This document shows, one piece after another, positions 1 through 12,898 of a stretch of DNA of 64,000 nucleotides. The stretch covers positions 8,928,001 to 8,992,000 of the forward strand of contig OX597814.1 in assembly GCA_951406725.2 (NCBI GenBank). The letters run 5' to 3'. How positions within the stretch are numbered: the stretch's first letter is position 1; each line of letters opens with the position of its first letter. The notes under the pieces were generated by a model, which did no database searches, had not been told where the DNA came from, and saw nothing but the letters and a program-made list of their open reading frames with translations. The translations under genes were made by a program, and so were the position numbers. This DNA is from Octopus vulgaris. Taxonomy: Eukaryota.

Positions 1-3000
1 GACTAAGTCAATTACATCAACCCCAGTGCTCAACTGGTACTTATTTTATTGACCTTAAACATCACTGGAATGTTGGTTTCAAATTTTGGCACAAGGCCAG
101 CAATTTCAGGAGAGTGGCTAAGTCAATTACATCAACCCCAGTGCTCAACTGGTACTTATTTTATTGACCTTAAACATCACTGGAATGTTGGTTTCAAATT
201 TTGGCACAAGGCCAGCAATTTCAGTAGAGTGGCAAAGTCAATTACATCAACCCCAGTGCTCAACTGGTACTTATTTTATTGACCTTAAACATCACTGGAA
301 TGTTGGTTTCAAATTTTGGCACAAGGCCAGCAATTTCAGGAGAGTGGCTAAGTCAATTACATCAACCCCAGTGCTCAACTGGTACTTATTTTATTGACCA
401 TAAACATCACTGGAATTTTGCTTTCGAATTTTGGCACAAGGCCAGCAATTTCAGGAGAGTGACTAAGTCAATTACATCAACCCCAGTGCTCAACTGGTAC
501 TTATTTTATTGACCTTAAACATCACTGGAATGTTGGTTTCAAATTTTGGCACAAGGCCAGCAATTTCAGGAGAGTGGCTAAGTCAATTACATCAACCCCA
601 GTGCTCAATTGGTACTTATTTTATTGACCATAAACATCACTGGAATTTTGCTTTCGAATTTTGGCACAAGGCCAGCAATTTCAGGAGAGTGACTAAGTCA
701 ATTACATCAACCCCAGTGCTCAACTGGTACTTATTTTATTGACCTTAAACATCACTGGAATGTTGGTTTCAAATTTTGGCACAAGGCCAGCAATTTCAGG
801 AGAGTGGCTAAGTCAATTACATCAACCCCAGTGCTCAACTGGTACTTATTTTATTGACCATAAACATCACTGGAATTTTGCTTTCGAATTTTGGCACAAG
901 GCCAGCAATTTCAGGAGAGTGACTAAGTCAATTACATCAACCCCAGTGCTCAACTGGTACTTATTTTATTGACCTTAAACATCACTGGAATGTTGGTTTC
1001 AAATTTTGGCACAAGGCCAGCAATTTCAGGAGAGTGGCTAAGTCAATTACATCAACCCCAGTGCTCAACTGGTACTTATTTTATTGACCATAAACATCAC
1101 TGGAATTTTGCTTTCGAATTTTGGCACAAGGCCAGCAATTTCAGGAGAGTGACTAAGTCAATTACATCAACCCCAGTGCTCAACTGGTACTTATTTTATT
1201 GACCTTAAACATCACTGGAATTTTGGTTTCAAATTTTGGCACAAGGCCAGCAATTTCAGGAGAGTGGCTAAGTCAATTACATCAACCCCAGTGCTCAACT
1301 GGTACTTATTTTATTGACCATAAACATCACTGGAATTTTGCTTTCGAATTTTGGCACAAGGCCAGCAATTTCAGGAGAGTGACTAAGTCAATTACATCAA
1401 CCCCAGTGCTCAACTGGTACTTATTTTATTGACCTTAAACATCACTGGAATGTTGGTTTCAAATTTTGGCACAAGGCCAGCAATTTCAGGAGAGTGGCTA
1501 AGTCAATTACATCAACCCCAGTGCTCAACTGGTACTTATTTTATTGACCATAAACATCACTGGAATTTTGCTTTTGAATTTTGGCACAAGGCCAGCAATT
1601 TCAGGAGAGTGACTAAGTCAATTACATCAACCCCAGTGCTCAACTGGTACTTATTTTATTGACCTTAAACATCACTGGAATGTTGGTTTCAAATTTTGGC
1701 ACAAGGCCAGCAATTTCAGGAGAGTGGCTAAGTCAATTACATCAACCCCAGTGCTCAACTGGTACTTATTTTATTGACCATAAACATCACTGGAATTTTG
1801 CTTTCGAATTTTGGCACAAGGCCAGCAATTTCAGGAGAGTGACTAAGTCAATTACATCAAACCCCAGTGCTCAACTGGTACTTATTTTATTGACCATAAA
1901 CATCACTGGAATTTTGCTTTCGAATTTTGGCACAAGGCCAGCAATTTCAGGAGAGTGACTAAGTCAATTACATCAACCCCAGTGCTCAACTGGTACTTAT
2001 TTTATTGACCTTAAACATCACTGGAATGTTGGTTTCAAATTTTGGCACAAGGCCAGCAATTTCAGGAGAGTGGCTAAGTCAATTACATCAACCCCAGTGC
2101 TCAACTGGTACTTATTTTATTGAACATAAACATCACTGAGATTTTGCTTTCAAATTTTGGCACAAGGCCAGCAATTTCAGGAGAGTGACTAAGTCAATTA
2201 CATCAACCCCAGTGCTCAACTGGTACTTATTTTATTGACCTTAAACATCACTGGAATGTTGGTTTCAAATTTTGGCACAAGGCCAGCAATTTCAGGAGAG
2301 TGGCTAAGTCAATTACATCAACCCCAGTGCTCAACTGGTACTTATTTTATTGACCATAAACATCACTGGAATTTTGCTTTCGAATTTTGGCACAAGGCCA
2401 GCAATTTCAGGAGAGTGACTAAGTCAATTACATCAACCCCAGTGCTCAACTGGTACTTATTTTATTGACCTTAAACATCACTGGAATGTTGGTTTCAAAT
2501 TTTGGCACAAGGCCAGCAATTTCAGGAGAGTGGCTAAGTCAATTACATCAACCCCAGTGCTCAACTGGTACTTATTTTATTGACCATAAACATCACTGGA
2601 ATTTTGCTTTCGAATTTTGGCACAAGGCCAGCAATTTCAGGAGAGTGACTAAGTCAATTACATCAACCCCAGTGCTCAACTGGTACTTATTTTATTGACC
2701 TTAAACATCACTGGAATGTTGGTTTCAAATTTTGGCACAAGGCCAGCAATTTCAGGAGAGTGGCTAAGTCAATTACATCAACCCCAGTGCTCAACTGGTA
2801 CTTATTTTATTGACCATAAACATCACTGGAATTTTGCTTTCGAATTTTGGCACAAGGCCAGCAATTTCAGGAGAGTGACTAAGTCAATTACATCAACCCC
2901 AGTGCTCAACTGGTACTTATTTTATTGACCTTAAACATCACTGGAATGTTGGTTTCAAATTTTGGCACAAGGCCAGCAATTTCAGGAGAGTGGCTAAGTC

Positions 3001-3982
3001 AATTACATCAACCCCAGTGCTCAATTGGTACTTATTTTATTGACCATAAACATCACTGGAATTTTGCTTTCGAATTTTGGCACAAGGCCAGCAATTTCAG
3101 GAGAGTGACTAAGTCAATTACATCAACCCCAGTGCTCAACTGGTACTTATTTTATTGACCTTAAACATCACTGGAATGTTGGTTTCAAATTTTGGCACAA
3201 GGCCAGCAATTTCAGGAGAGTGGCTAAGTCAATTACATCAACCCCAGTGCTCAACTGGTACGTATTTTATTGACCATAAACATCACTGGAATTTTGCTTT
3301 CGAATTTTGGCACAAGGCCAGCAATTTCAGGAGAGTGACTAAGTCAATTACATCAACCCCAGTGCTCAACTGGTACTTATTTTATTGACCTTAAACATCA
3401 CTGGAATGTTGGTTTCAAATTTTGGCACAAGGCCAGCAATTTCAGGAGAGTGGCTAAGTCAATTACATCAACCCCAGTGCTCAACTGGTACTTATTTTAT
3501 TGACCTTAAACATCACTGGAATGTTGGTTTCAAATTTTGGCACAAGGCCAGCAATTTCAGGAGAGTGACTAAGTCAATTACATCAACCCCAGTGCTCAAC
3601 TGGTACTTATTTTATTGACCTTAAACATCACTGGAATGTTGGTTTCAAATTTTGGCACAAGGCCAGCCATTTCAGGAAAGTGGCTAAGTCAATTATATCA
3701 ACCCCAGTGCTCAACTGGTACTTATTTTATTGACCATACACATCACTGGAATTTTGGTTTGAAATTTTGGCACAAGGCCAGCAATTTCAGGAGAGTGGCT
3801 AAGTCAATTACATCAACCCTAGTGCTCAACTGGTACTTATTTTATTGACCATACACATCACTGGAATTTTGGTTTCAAATTTTGGCACAAGGCCAGCAAT
3901 TTCAGGAGAGTGGCAAAGTCAATTACATCAACCCCAGTACTTAACTGGTACTTATTTTATTGACCATAAACATCACTGGAAT
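1..3982. repeat. Tandem satellite, 115-bp monomer (about 34.5 copies in window), mostly alternating A/B variants giving a 230-bp dimer; runs off the window start
   Basis: Near-identical units every 115 bp. A variant: ccttaaac..tgttggtttcaaa..gtggct. B variant: ccataaac..ttttgctttcgaa..gtgact. Most of the unit matches the 3' part of the SINE at 7295, 11380 and 22350. Confidence 0.97.
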
Positions 3983-4039
3983 ATTAAAACATTATCACAG
4001 TAAGATTCATCATAGCAATATGAACGCTTACATACTATC

Positions 4040-4260
4040 GTAATGATCATCATTTAAGATCCATTGTCCATGCTGGCATGTGTTGAACTGTTTCAACAGA
4101 TCTGTCAAAGTGGAGAGATGCTCCAGGCATCAGTCTGATATGACAAGCTTTCTACAGTTGGATGTCCTTCCTAATACCAACCACTTTACAGAGTGTGTTG
4201 GATGCTTTTATGTGGCACCCCACAAACACTTATTCAGGGCACCCCACGGGTGCTTTTATG
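4040..4260 (-). mobile_element. RTE-type 3' tail fragment
   Basis: catgctggcatg..gatgtccttcctaataccaaccact is the reverse complement of the RTE 3' ends at 48430-48570 and 61310-61440. Confidence 0.6.
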
Positions 4261-4327
4261 ATGTTATTATTATTATTGAGGCATTGTGCTTCCAGTAGAA
4301 AGGCTAATTATCATTATTATTATTATG

Positions 4328-4695
4328 AGAGAGCAGTGCATGCCATCAAAGTGACACTGGGGTAAAATATACAAAGCCCAGTATACCCATCATGACTACC
4401 AGTCTGATAAGGGTACACCAGGCACATGCATCACAACTATATGTTCGTGACATGGACGATAATCCCTCTGAGCACATGGCTATGATGCTCCCCCACTACT
4501 TCTGCTCGTGATCAGAGATGCACATATCGTCAGCCACTAGGGGACATGCTCGACTGGTTAAGGTCAAACAACTGACAAGCAAATCTGTGGTATTGAGCAG
4601 AATATTTGCTGCACAAAACAATGTACATGATAACACTTCCAATCAGTTAAGATCAGAAGCCACGAGAGACACTGCCTGGTACTGCATCAGGGCAT
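4328..4695. repeat. Unclassified interspersed repeat flanked on both sides by (TTA)n
   Basis: Higher-GC block between TTA tracts with no convincing ORF. Confidence 0.4.
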
Positions 4696-4715
4696 TATTA
4701 TTATTATTATTATTT

Positions 4716-4747
<32 letters not shown>

Positions 4748-4754
4748 TTCATTA

Positions 4755-5810
4755 GCATCTTCCTTTAATTCTATTTCTTGCCGAGTGTATCCTGACACCG
4801 AAGGTAGAGAAACATAATGTACTAGCAGTATCGCCCGGCGTTGCTCGGGTTTGTAAGGGAAATAACTATATAAGCATTTTTAGAGAGTTACTTCCCTTAT
4901 AGATGCCAATTCGGGCTTTCTTAGCCATTTCTGTTTTGGTGTCTTCAAGCCATGAAGTCGTTGTTCTAAAAGAATGCTGGTCTCCTTGACAACGCTTTAC
5001 GACGTTGATTTCTTACACTGCCTTCCCCACAGCTTCACGAGGGAGGGAAGAAGAGGGAGAAGCAACACAGGTGCAGGTGTGACCATGGACGCCAACTCCG
5101 CCGCCATCGACATACAAAAAAATATGCATTAAAATGGAATAAAAAATGATGTTAAATTATTTTAAAAATCGTAGACTCATCGTAGACGCACGCTAATACC
5201 TAGACGGGCTTGATATGAATCACGACTATAAGATACATGAATTTGGTTAAACTGCACCGCAAAATGTGGGAGTAGTTAGGAATCTAAATCGAAGGGGACA
5301 GACACTCACACAACTACAGTTTTATATATATAGATATATTGGTAAGCCATTAAAATAAACACACCAGATTGTTCATTTACAAAGTCATGTGATAGAGAAA
5401 AAGGGGAAGAAAGACAAAGAGAAAGATAAAAAAGTAAACAAAGAAAATAAAGGGGAAAAAAGTGAAGAAAATTCACAGCAACAATGCTCTTCTCAATACG
5501 TGTGACCAGTTACCAGTTAAGACAATCTTTTGCACTTCCTGCATGGATGGTAAGCCAGGGATCATTCTTAAATAATTTTCAGTTCCTGTTTTGATCATTC
5601 CAAGTGCTCCTACAATCACTGGTATTGTAGCCATCTTGAGATGCCACATCTTTTTGATTTCAATCAGCAGATCTTTATATTTTCTGAGTTTATCAAATTC
5701 TTTTGCTGAGATATCATAGTCACAATGTACGCTCACGTCAATCAATAAACAGACTTTATTGTTTTGGTCTTTCACAGCAATATCTGGTTTATTTGCCTTG
5801 ATGTGTGAGT
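4755..5810 (-). mobile_element. R4/Dong-like LINE 3' fragment (RLE endonuclease + 3' UTR), interrupted by a Helitron
   Basis: ORF 5473-5775 (..NNKVCLLIDVSV..KYKDL..PVIVGALG) is nearly identical to the end of ORF 10439-11158. The 3' UTR matches 11200-11300 and ends in (TAA)n. Confidence 0.9.
4822..5334 (-). mobile_element. Non-autonomous Helitron (513 bp)
   Basis: Minus strand starts TCTATATATATAAAA and ends CCCGAGCAACGCCGGG-cgatactg-CTAG. Inserted between A and T with no TSD. Its 5' part matches 54970-55180. Confidence 0.85.
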
Positions 5811-5849
5811 GTGTTGATGTTGGTCATGAGCTTTATTGTATTTCATTTT

Positions 5850-6930
5850 TGTTTATCCTTTTTGTATTTGGGGTTTTCCCTCATTATTACTGCATGTTGT
5901 AAATGCAACTATGTCTGTGGAATCAGGGTTTGAATCTATGAAAGCATTTGGGTTTGAAGCAGATAAAAAGCGGGAGGTTGAGGGAAAGCTTCGTTGGAAG
6001 AGCTTTGGGTGTTGTGTTCCATGTTCTCTGTTTTTGGCTGTGAGTAGAAAGCTCACAAGTGGCCAGTCTCCCCACACAAGTGTCACAGTAGATTTCTACT
6101 TCTTCCTCTCCTAGAAGGCAAAAGAGGTCTGGGGTCTTATGGATTGCACCTGGTTTAATGTGCACCTTCACACTGATCCCAGATTTATTTTCCTGAAGGG
6201 CCCTTTTCACTTCCAGTAGGCTATTACTCCCATTCAAATCAATACATGCTAAAATCCACCTTAAATTGACATCAGGTAGAACAGCCGTGATGTTTATGTG
6301 CTCCATTATCTTCTCTAAATAGGATGGGTGGAGTACATACTTTTTGCTCTGATAAAGAACCATGGAGTGTTTGGCAACCAGAGTTTCAGTCTTGAAAAGC
6401 ACTGAAGTATCCTCAAACTGTTTCCCCCTTGAGATATGTCGAATGCCTGGCATTATGTCTTTCAGTGCACCTTGCACATCTGCTTACCTAGCTGTCTCCT
6501 GCCGCCTTGTGCTTATAGAAATACATTTATGCATAACTGTTCTTTTTTTCTTTTTTTTGTCATTTCTGCCAACACCTTCGGCAGGATGGCAATGACTACC
6601 TGCGTATTTCCCAGACTTGTCCATTTAGTTGCTTCATCCATGCAACTGCCCCTTCAAAGAATATTCATTTCAATTAGCTCAGTGATTTTTGCAGCCATTG
6701 CTGTGAATGTATTGTTGTTGTTAATGTTCTTGTTGCTATTCAGAATTTTATTCGTTGTAGTGGTAGAGACGGAGGAGTAGGCTGAGGTCAAATTCATAGA
6801 CTTGTTAATGTTGCTGATTGCCATCCTTGTTATGTTCCTGTTAAGTGCAGGTAATTCAGCTCCAGCTGTTATGTTGCCAAATCTGCTGTTGCCGATTGTT
6901 GTCTTAGTGCTATTTTGGTCCACCGAACTT
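5850..6930 (-). mobile_element. Probable degenerate LINE ORF1 (L1/Tx1-like)
   Basis: Broken 184-aa ORF with an ORF1-like layout and a decayed Cys knuckle (GRLATC..). Weak assignment. Confidence 0.35.
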
Positions 6931-7294
6931 TAAACTTTGTGGGTACTCACCTCCCATTCTATTTTTACACTGAAGGCAGGTGGCACTACCACATCTCTCT
7001 TTCAGAGTTACCTCTTACTTTCTATCTCATGTCTTTCAGCAAAGCTGGCTTTAACATGTTTGGTTTTAAAATTAATTTTTAGAAACAAAATAAATATTTT
7101 CATTTTTCAGATTTGAGTTCTAAAAGGGCACAAACAGCAAAACAAATCAAACCAATGCAATGCTGGTAGTTTTGACAGACATTTTATAAAAATGATAAGC
7201 AATAAACAACTTTTGGAGACAATATTTTAAGGGCAGAAACATGAGCCAACAAAACTATGCATTCTGTTAAAATGAATAATCATCATCATCATTT

Positions 7295-7495
7295 CTACTT
7301 TAGGCACAAGGCCTGAAATGGGTGGGGCCAGTTGATTACATCAACCCAGGTACACAAATGGTAATTGATTTATCGACCCCTGAAAGGATGACAGGTAAAG
7401 CTGGCCTCAGTGGAATTTGAACTCAGAACGTAAAGATGGACAAAATACTGCTAAACATTTTTCTCAGTGTGTTAACGATTCTGCCAGCTCACTTC
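7295..7495 (-). mobile_element. tRNA-derived SINE
   Basis: Minus strand shows A-box-like tggcagaatcgtt and B-box gagttcaaattcc; homologous to 11380-11575 and 22350-22545. Confidence 0.85.
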
Positions 7496-7502
7496 CTTAC
7501 AT

Positions 7503-7506
7503 AGTA

Positions 7507-7567
<61 letters not shown>

Positions 7568-7578
7568 TAATAATAATA
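7503..7578. repeat. (TAA)n microsatellite, left flank of the Dong-like LINE
   Basis: Direct reading. Confidence 0.95.
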
Positions 7579-10500
7579 GGGAAGAGCTAGCCTGGGATCG
7601 AAAAGTCATCAACTGGCACAAAATCTTCTCCGAATACGGACATGGATGGTCACTTGAACGGGAAATTCCCCAACTCGAGCCCTCCAAGTTCACCACCACA
7701 GAAAGAAAAATGTAAGTGGAATAAATAGACCCGAGAAGAGTATAAAGAAGTAATATACGCTTATTACTATGCATTAGGTAGGCCATCTCAAGAGAGACAC
7801 ACCGCAAACTCTTACAGTATATGGAGAACACGGAATCAAGACAGTAGGCCCTATTTGGACAAGAACAAATTGGCAAATGTGAGGAGGGATATCCTTAGAA
7901 ATAACAGATTCACAGACAGTGAAATAAGCGCGATCAAGCACGCAATGGAAAATGACATAAATATAAGACACAAAGGAAATGAAGAATCAGATGAACAGTA
8001 TAGCCCGCCACGAGGCTTAATTGAAAGACTGCCATCTGACCAAAGTACGCAAAGGCCTGAAGATACAAGAAATTCTATTGAACCTGTTAAAGATAGCCAG
8101 GAAAAGGATAAAACAACAGTAACTGAAGATCTCGCATTTGCTGAAGAACACAGAGAGTCTATGGCAGAAATGAGGCAGAAAATCCTGAATACGCTTGAAG
8201 TTGTAAGACATACAAGTATGAATGATAGGGAACCGCTTCATCAACTCTCAAATACAAACCAAAATAAAAAACAAATCCAAATTGGCAACTATGTAACAAA
8301 TGAAATAATACACGAATTAAAACCTGATTTTACTGAATTAAATGAAATTATTTACGTTTCTGCTAGGGCAATTGAAACCAGCTGTATGCCCCCGAAAAAA
8401 CAAAGAAAACCAAACCTGGGAAGAAACCAAACCTGGAGAAGTAAAATTGAAGAAGAAATTGAATTTATGAGAGGGGAAATATCAATATTAAATGAACTAA
8501 TATGTAGAAATGATGTAAGATCCAGAACAGGAAGAAAGATGAAGAGAAAATTTGGATCCTCACCAAGAGAAGAACTGATATCAATAAAAGAAACGCTGAA
8601 ACAAAAAGTCCAAGCAAAAGCCCAAAGAATACGAAGATTTGAGAAGAGAAACAAGTTTTACAAGCAAAATAAGCTGTTCACATCCAATGCCAAAAAATTC
8701 TACAGAGAAACAGGGAAGGAGAAAGTAACCGTTAAAGACCCCCCTCCCATGGAAGAAGTTCAAAACTTTTGGAAAAGGATTTGGAGTGACAAGAAGACGT
8801 ACAACACAAATGCAGACTGGATTATACAAACTGAAGGATCCTACCAAAATTTACAACAAGCATGGGAAGACATCACAATAGCAGACCTAAGAAAGGCACT
8901 CACGAAGGCCCATAATTGGAAATCCCCTGGTAAAGATAGGGTGCCGAATTCCTGGCTCGCATCGCTCCCATGCACACATGGTAAGCTAGTTCAGCTGCTC
9001 AATGGAATTATGAGAGACCCAAAGAAAACACCTGAATGGTTAGCAAGTGGTATTACTTACCTACTCCCAAGGAATAACGAAACCAACCTTCCAAAAAACT
9101 ATCGGCCTATAACCTGTCTATCCACCACATATAAAATCCTAACATCTATCCTGGTGGAGAAAACATATGCATTCATGGAGAAGAACGATATTTTCCCCAC
9201 TGAACAAAAAGGGTGCCGCCGAGGCTCATACGGATGCAAAGATCAACTGCTAATTAATCGTATGATCCTTGAGAACTGTCACAATAAGCGCAGAAATCTC
9301 AGCTCTGCATGGATTGACTATAAAAAGGCCTTCAACAGTATACCGCATCCATGGATCTTGAGATCGCTGGACATCTTCAAAATTTCCCCTGTGATTTCAA
9401 ACTTCCTGAAGCACAATATGTCGTTGTGGAATACGAATCTCCAATTATACCACTCTAATGGAGTACTTGCCTCAGAAAATATAAACATCAACTGTGGAAT
9501 TTTTCAAGGTGACTCACTTTCACCTCTAATATTCTGCATAGCCCTAATACCCCTTACAAGTGAATTAAACAGAACAGGGTATGGGTATAAAATTGCCAAT
9601 AAAAAAATAAGCCATCTATTTTATATGGATGACTTAAAACTCTATGGTAAAGACAATAATGAACTTGAAGGCCTATTGCGCACTGTGAAAGCATTCAGCG
9701 ATGACATCGGGATGGAGTTTGGGCTTGAGAAGTGTGCCAAGGCCACTTTCCAGAAAGGGAAAGTGAAGACCACAAATTCAGTCGTGTTAGATGTTGACAC
9801 AGTCATAAGAGAGCTTGAGCAAGAACAAACATACAAATATTTAGGGATAAATGAAGGCGCTGGTATTCAGCATGCAAGCATGAAAGAGAAGATCAGGAAG
9901 GAATGTTATAGGAGAGTTCGTGCAGTCCTGAAATCTGAACTAAATGCATGTAACAAGGTGTTAGCTATAAATTCCTTAGCAGTTCCAGTTGTTACTTATA
10001 GCTACAATGTGTTGAACTGGAATATGAGAGAAGTAAAGAATATAGACAGGAAAATACGCAAGCTGCTGAGTTGTAATAGGATGCACCACCCAAAGGCAGA
10101 CATAGATCGCCTTTACCTTCCCAGAGCCCAAGGAGGTCGAGGCCTGATCCAATTTGAACTAGCTTACAAAACAACCACAATTGGACTGGCCAAATATCTT
10201 GAAATAACGAATGACTGGATGCTAAAGCTCGTGGAAAATCACGAGAGACGAAAGAAGCTTCATTCTATCATAAAGGAAAGCAAAAAATTTGCTATTGATC
10301 TCGTGCAGGATACCCAAACTGAACAACCCGAAGGAAGTACGGCAACTATTGTTGCAAAGAAGGTGAAAATAATGGCAACGAAAAAAGCGCACGAGCAATT
10401 GGCTGACAGGTGGGAGGAGAAACCTCTGCACGGCAAATATGTGGCCCGTAGCAAACAAGCTGATGTTGAAGAAGCAAACCCATCAGTGGCTACGGAGCTC

Positions 10501-11310
10501 AGGGCTAAAAGCAGAGAGCGAAGGTTTCATCCTGGCTGCTCAAGATCAAAGCCTATTAACCCGGAACTACCAGGCCAATGTGATGAAAAATGGAGCAGAC
10601 CCAAAATGCCGATTCTGCAATGACATGATTGAAACAGTGGACCACCTAATCTCTGGATGTAAAGTCTTAGCACCAGTGGAGTATAAATTAAGACATGACA
10701 GAGTTGGCCAATATCTACACTGGCTAATAAGTCGGCATTACAATATCAAAACTGCCGACAAGTGGTATAATCACCACCCTGAAGCTGTAACTGAAGGAGA
10801 AAATGTAATGATTCTGTGGGACTTTCCAGTACATACAGACCGAACCATCAAAGCCAATAAACCAGACAAAAACAATAAAGTTTGCTTATTGATCGACATG
10901 AGCATCCCCTGTGATCATAATATCTCGGCGAAAGTGTTTGACAAGCTCAGAAAATATAAAGACCTGCTCATTGAAATTGAGAAAATGTGGCATCTCAAGG
11001 CAGTTACAATACCAGTGATCGTAGGAGCACTAGGAATGATCAAGCAGGGAACCGAAAATTATATGAGAATGATCCCTGGCGTACCATCCCTGCAAGAAGT
11101 GCAAAAGATTGTCTTAACTGGTACATCACATGTATTGAGAAGAGCATTGTCGCTCTGAGAACTATTACTACCCATGTATTTTAATGAACGAACTATTGAG
11201 TTTAGTTTAATGGCCTACCAATATATACTATGAGTTTCTTTGCTCTAGGAGTCGGGAAGACACTCGGCAAGAAATGGAAGCAAATTTGAAAGAAGAAGAA
11301 GAAAAAAAAA
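7579..11310 (+). mobile_element. Near-full-length R4/Dong-like non-LTR retrotransposon (RT + CCHC + restriction-like endonuclease)
   Basis: 922-aa ORF with RT motifs (NYRPITCL, IFQGDSLSP, FYMDDLKLY). One frameshift near 10470 into ORF 10439-11158 (CRFC..H..C, RHD, PD..D, KYKDL). Flanked by (TAA)n on both sides. Confidence 0.92.
7855..11158 (+). pseudogene. RT-RLE polyprotein of the Dong-like LINE, one frameshift
   Basis: ORFs 7855-10623 and 10439-11158 overlap in different frames. A short in-frame deletion follows KPD relative to the copy at 5473-5800. Confidence 0.85.
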
Positions 11311-11331
11311 ATAATAATGATAATAAAAATA

Positions 11332-11366
<35 letters not shown>

Positions 11367-11379
11367 AATAAACCTTTCT

Positions 11380-11575
11380 ATTATAGGCTTGAAATTTTGG
11401 GGGAAGGGGTAAGCAAATTATATTGACCCCAGTGCATAACTGGTACTTATTTCATCAACCCCAAAAGGATAAATGATAAAATTAACCTTGGCTGAATTTG
11501 AACTCAAAATGTAGAGACAGGCAAAATACTGCTAACCATTTTGTGCATCATGCTAACAATTCTGGCAGCTAGCCA
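11380..11575 (-). mobile_element. tRNA-derived SINE
   Basis: Homologous to 7295-7495. Confidence 0.8.
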
Positions 11576-12898
11576 ACTTAATAATGATGGTGGTGGTGGT
11601 GATAAATTGAAATAACAAGAGGTGAAATATCAATATTACATGAACCAATCTGTAGAAAGAAGAAATGCTTTCAGCAAAAGAAACATTGCAACAAAATCTC
11701 AAAAAATACAAAGATTTTAGAGAAGAAACAAATTTTACAAACAAAGTAAACTGTTCACATCCAATGCGAAAACATTCTACAGAGAAATAAGGAAGGAGAA
11801 AATAACCTTTGAAGATCCCCCTACCATGGGAGAAGTTTAAAAGTTCTGGAAAAATATCTAGAATTATGAAAAGAGTTACAATTAAAATGCAGACTGGATT
11901 AGACACAGAAGGATCGTAACAAAATTTACCAGAACAAGCATGGGAAGACAATAGCAGACCTAAGGATGACACTCATGAAAGCCCATAAGTGGAAATCCCC
12001 TGGTAATGGTATGGTACCAAATTTCTGACTTGTCTTGCTCTTATGCGCACAGGAAGAGTTAGTCCAGATATTCAATAAAATTATGAGAGATCCTGCAAAA
12101 ACACCTGACTGGTTAGCGAGAGGTATTACTTACCTTCTCCTGAAGAATAATGGAACCAACTTTCCCCAAGACTATCCACCCATGACATGTATAAAATTTT
12201 AGCATCCATCCTCATGGAGAAAAACATACAAACTTATGGAACAGAATGATATTTTCCCCACTGAACAAAAAGGGTGCCGACAAGGCTCATATGGATGCAA
12301 AGACCAACTTTTAATGAATAGCATGGCCTTTGAGGAACTGTCATAGCAAATGCAGAAATCTCAGTTCTGCATGGATTGATTATAAAAAAGGCCTTTGACA
12401 GCATGCTGCATTCATGGATCTTGAAATCGCTGGATATCTTCCAAATTCCTCCTGTGATTTCACATTTCCTGAAGCACAACATGTCAATGTGGAATACAAA
12501 TCTCCAGTTATACCACTCTGATGGAGTACTGACCACAAAAGATATTAATATCAACTGTAGCATTTTCCAAGGTGACTCACTTTCATTCTTAATTTTCTGC
12601 ATAGCCCTAATACTCATTACAAATGAATTCAACAGAACAGGGTATGAATATTAAATTGGGGACAAGAAAACAAGTCATCTATTTTATGTGGATGACTTAA
12701 AACTCTGTGGCAAAGACGATAATGAGCTTGAAGGACTGCTACATACTGTGAAAGCATTTAGTGATGACATCAGGATGGAACTTGGTTTTGATAAGTGTGC
12801 CAAGGTCACTTTCCAGAAAGGAAAACTGAAGACCTCACATTCAGTGGAGTTGGATGTTGCCACAGTCATAGAAGAACTCGAGCAGGAACAGACAAATA

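Noticed and set aside
49-3848. Repeated 77-aa ORFs and a CRISPR-like appearance
   Set aside because: The ORFs are by-products of a 115-bp unit that is not a multiple of 3. There are no unique spacers and no cas genes, and the DNA is eukaryotic.
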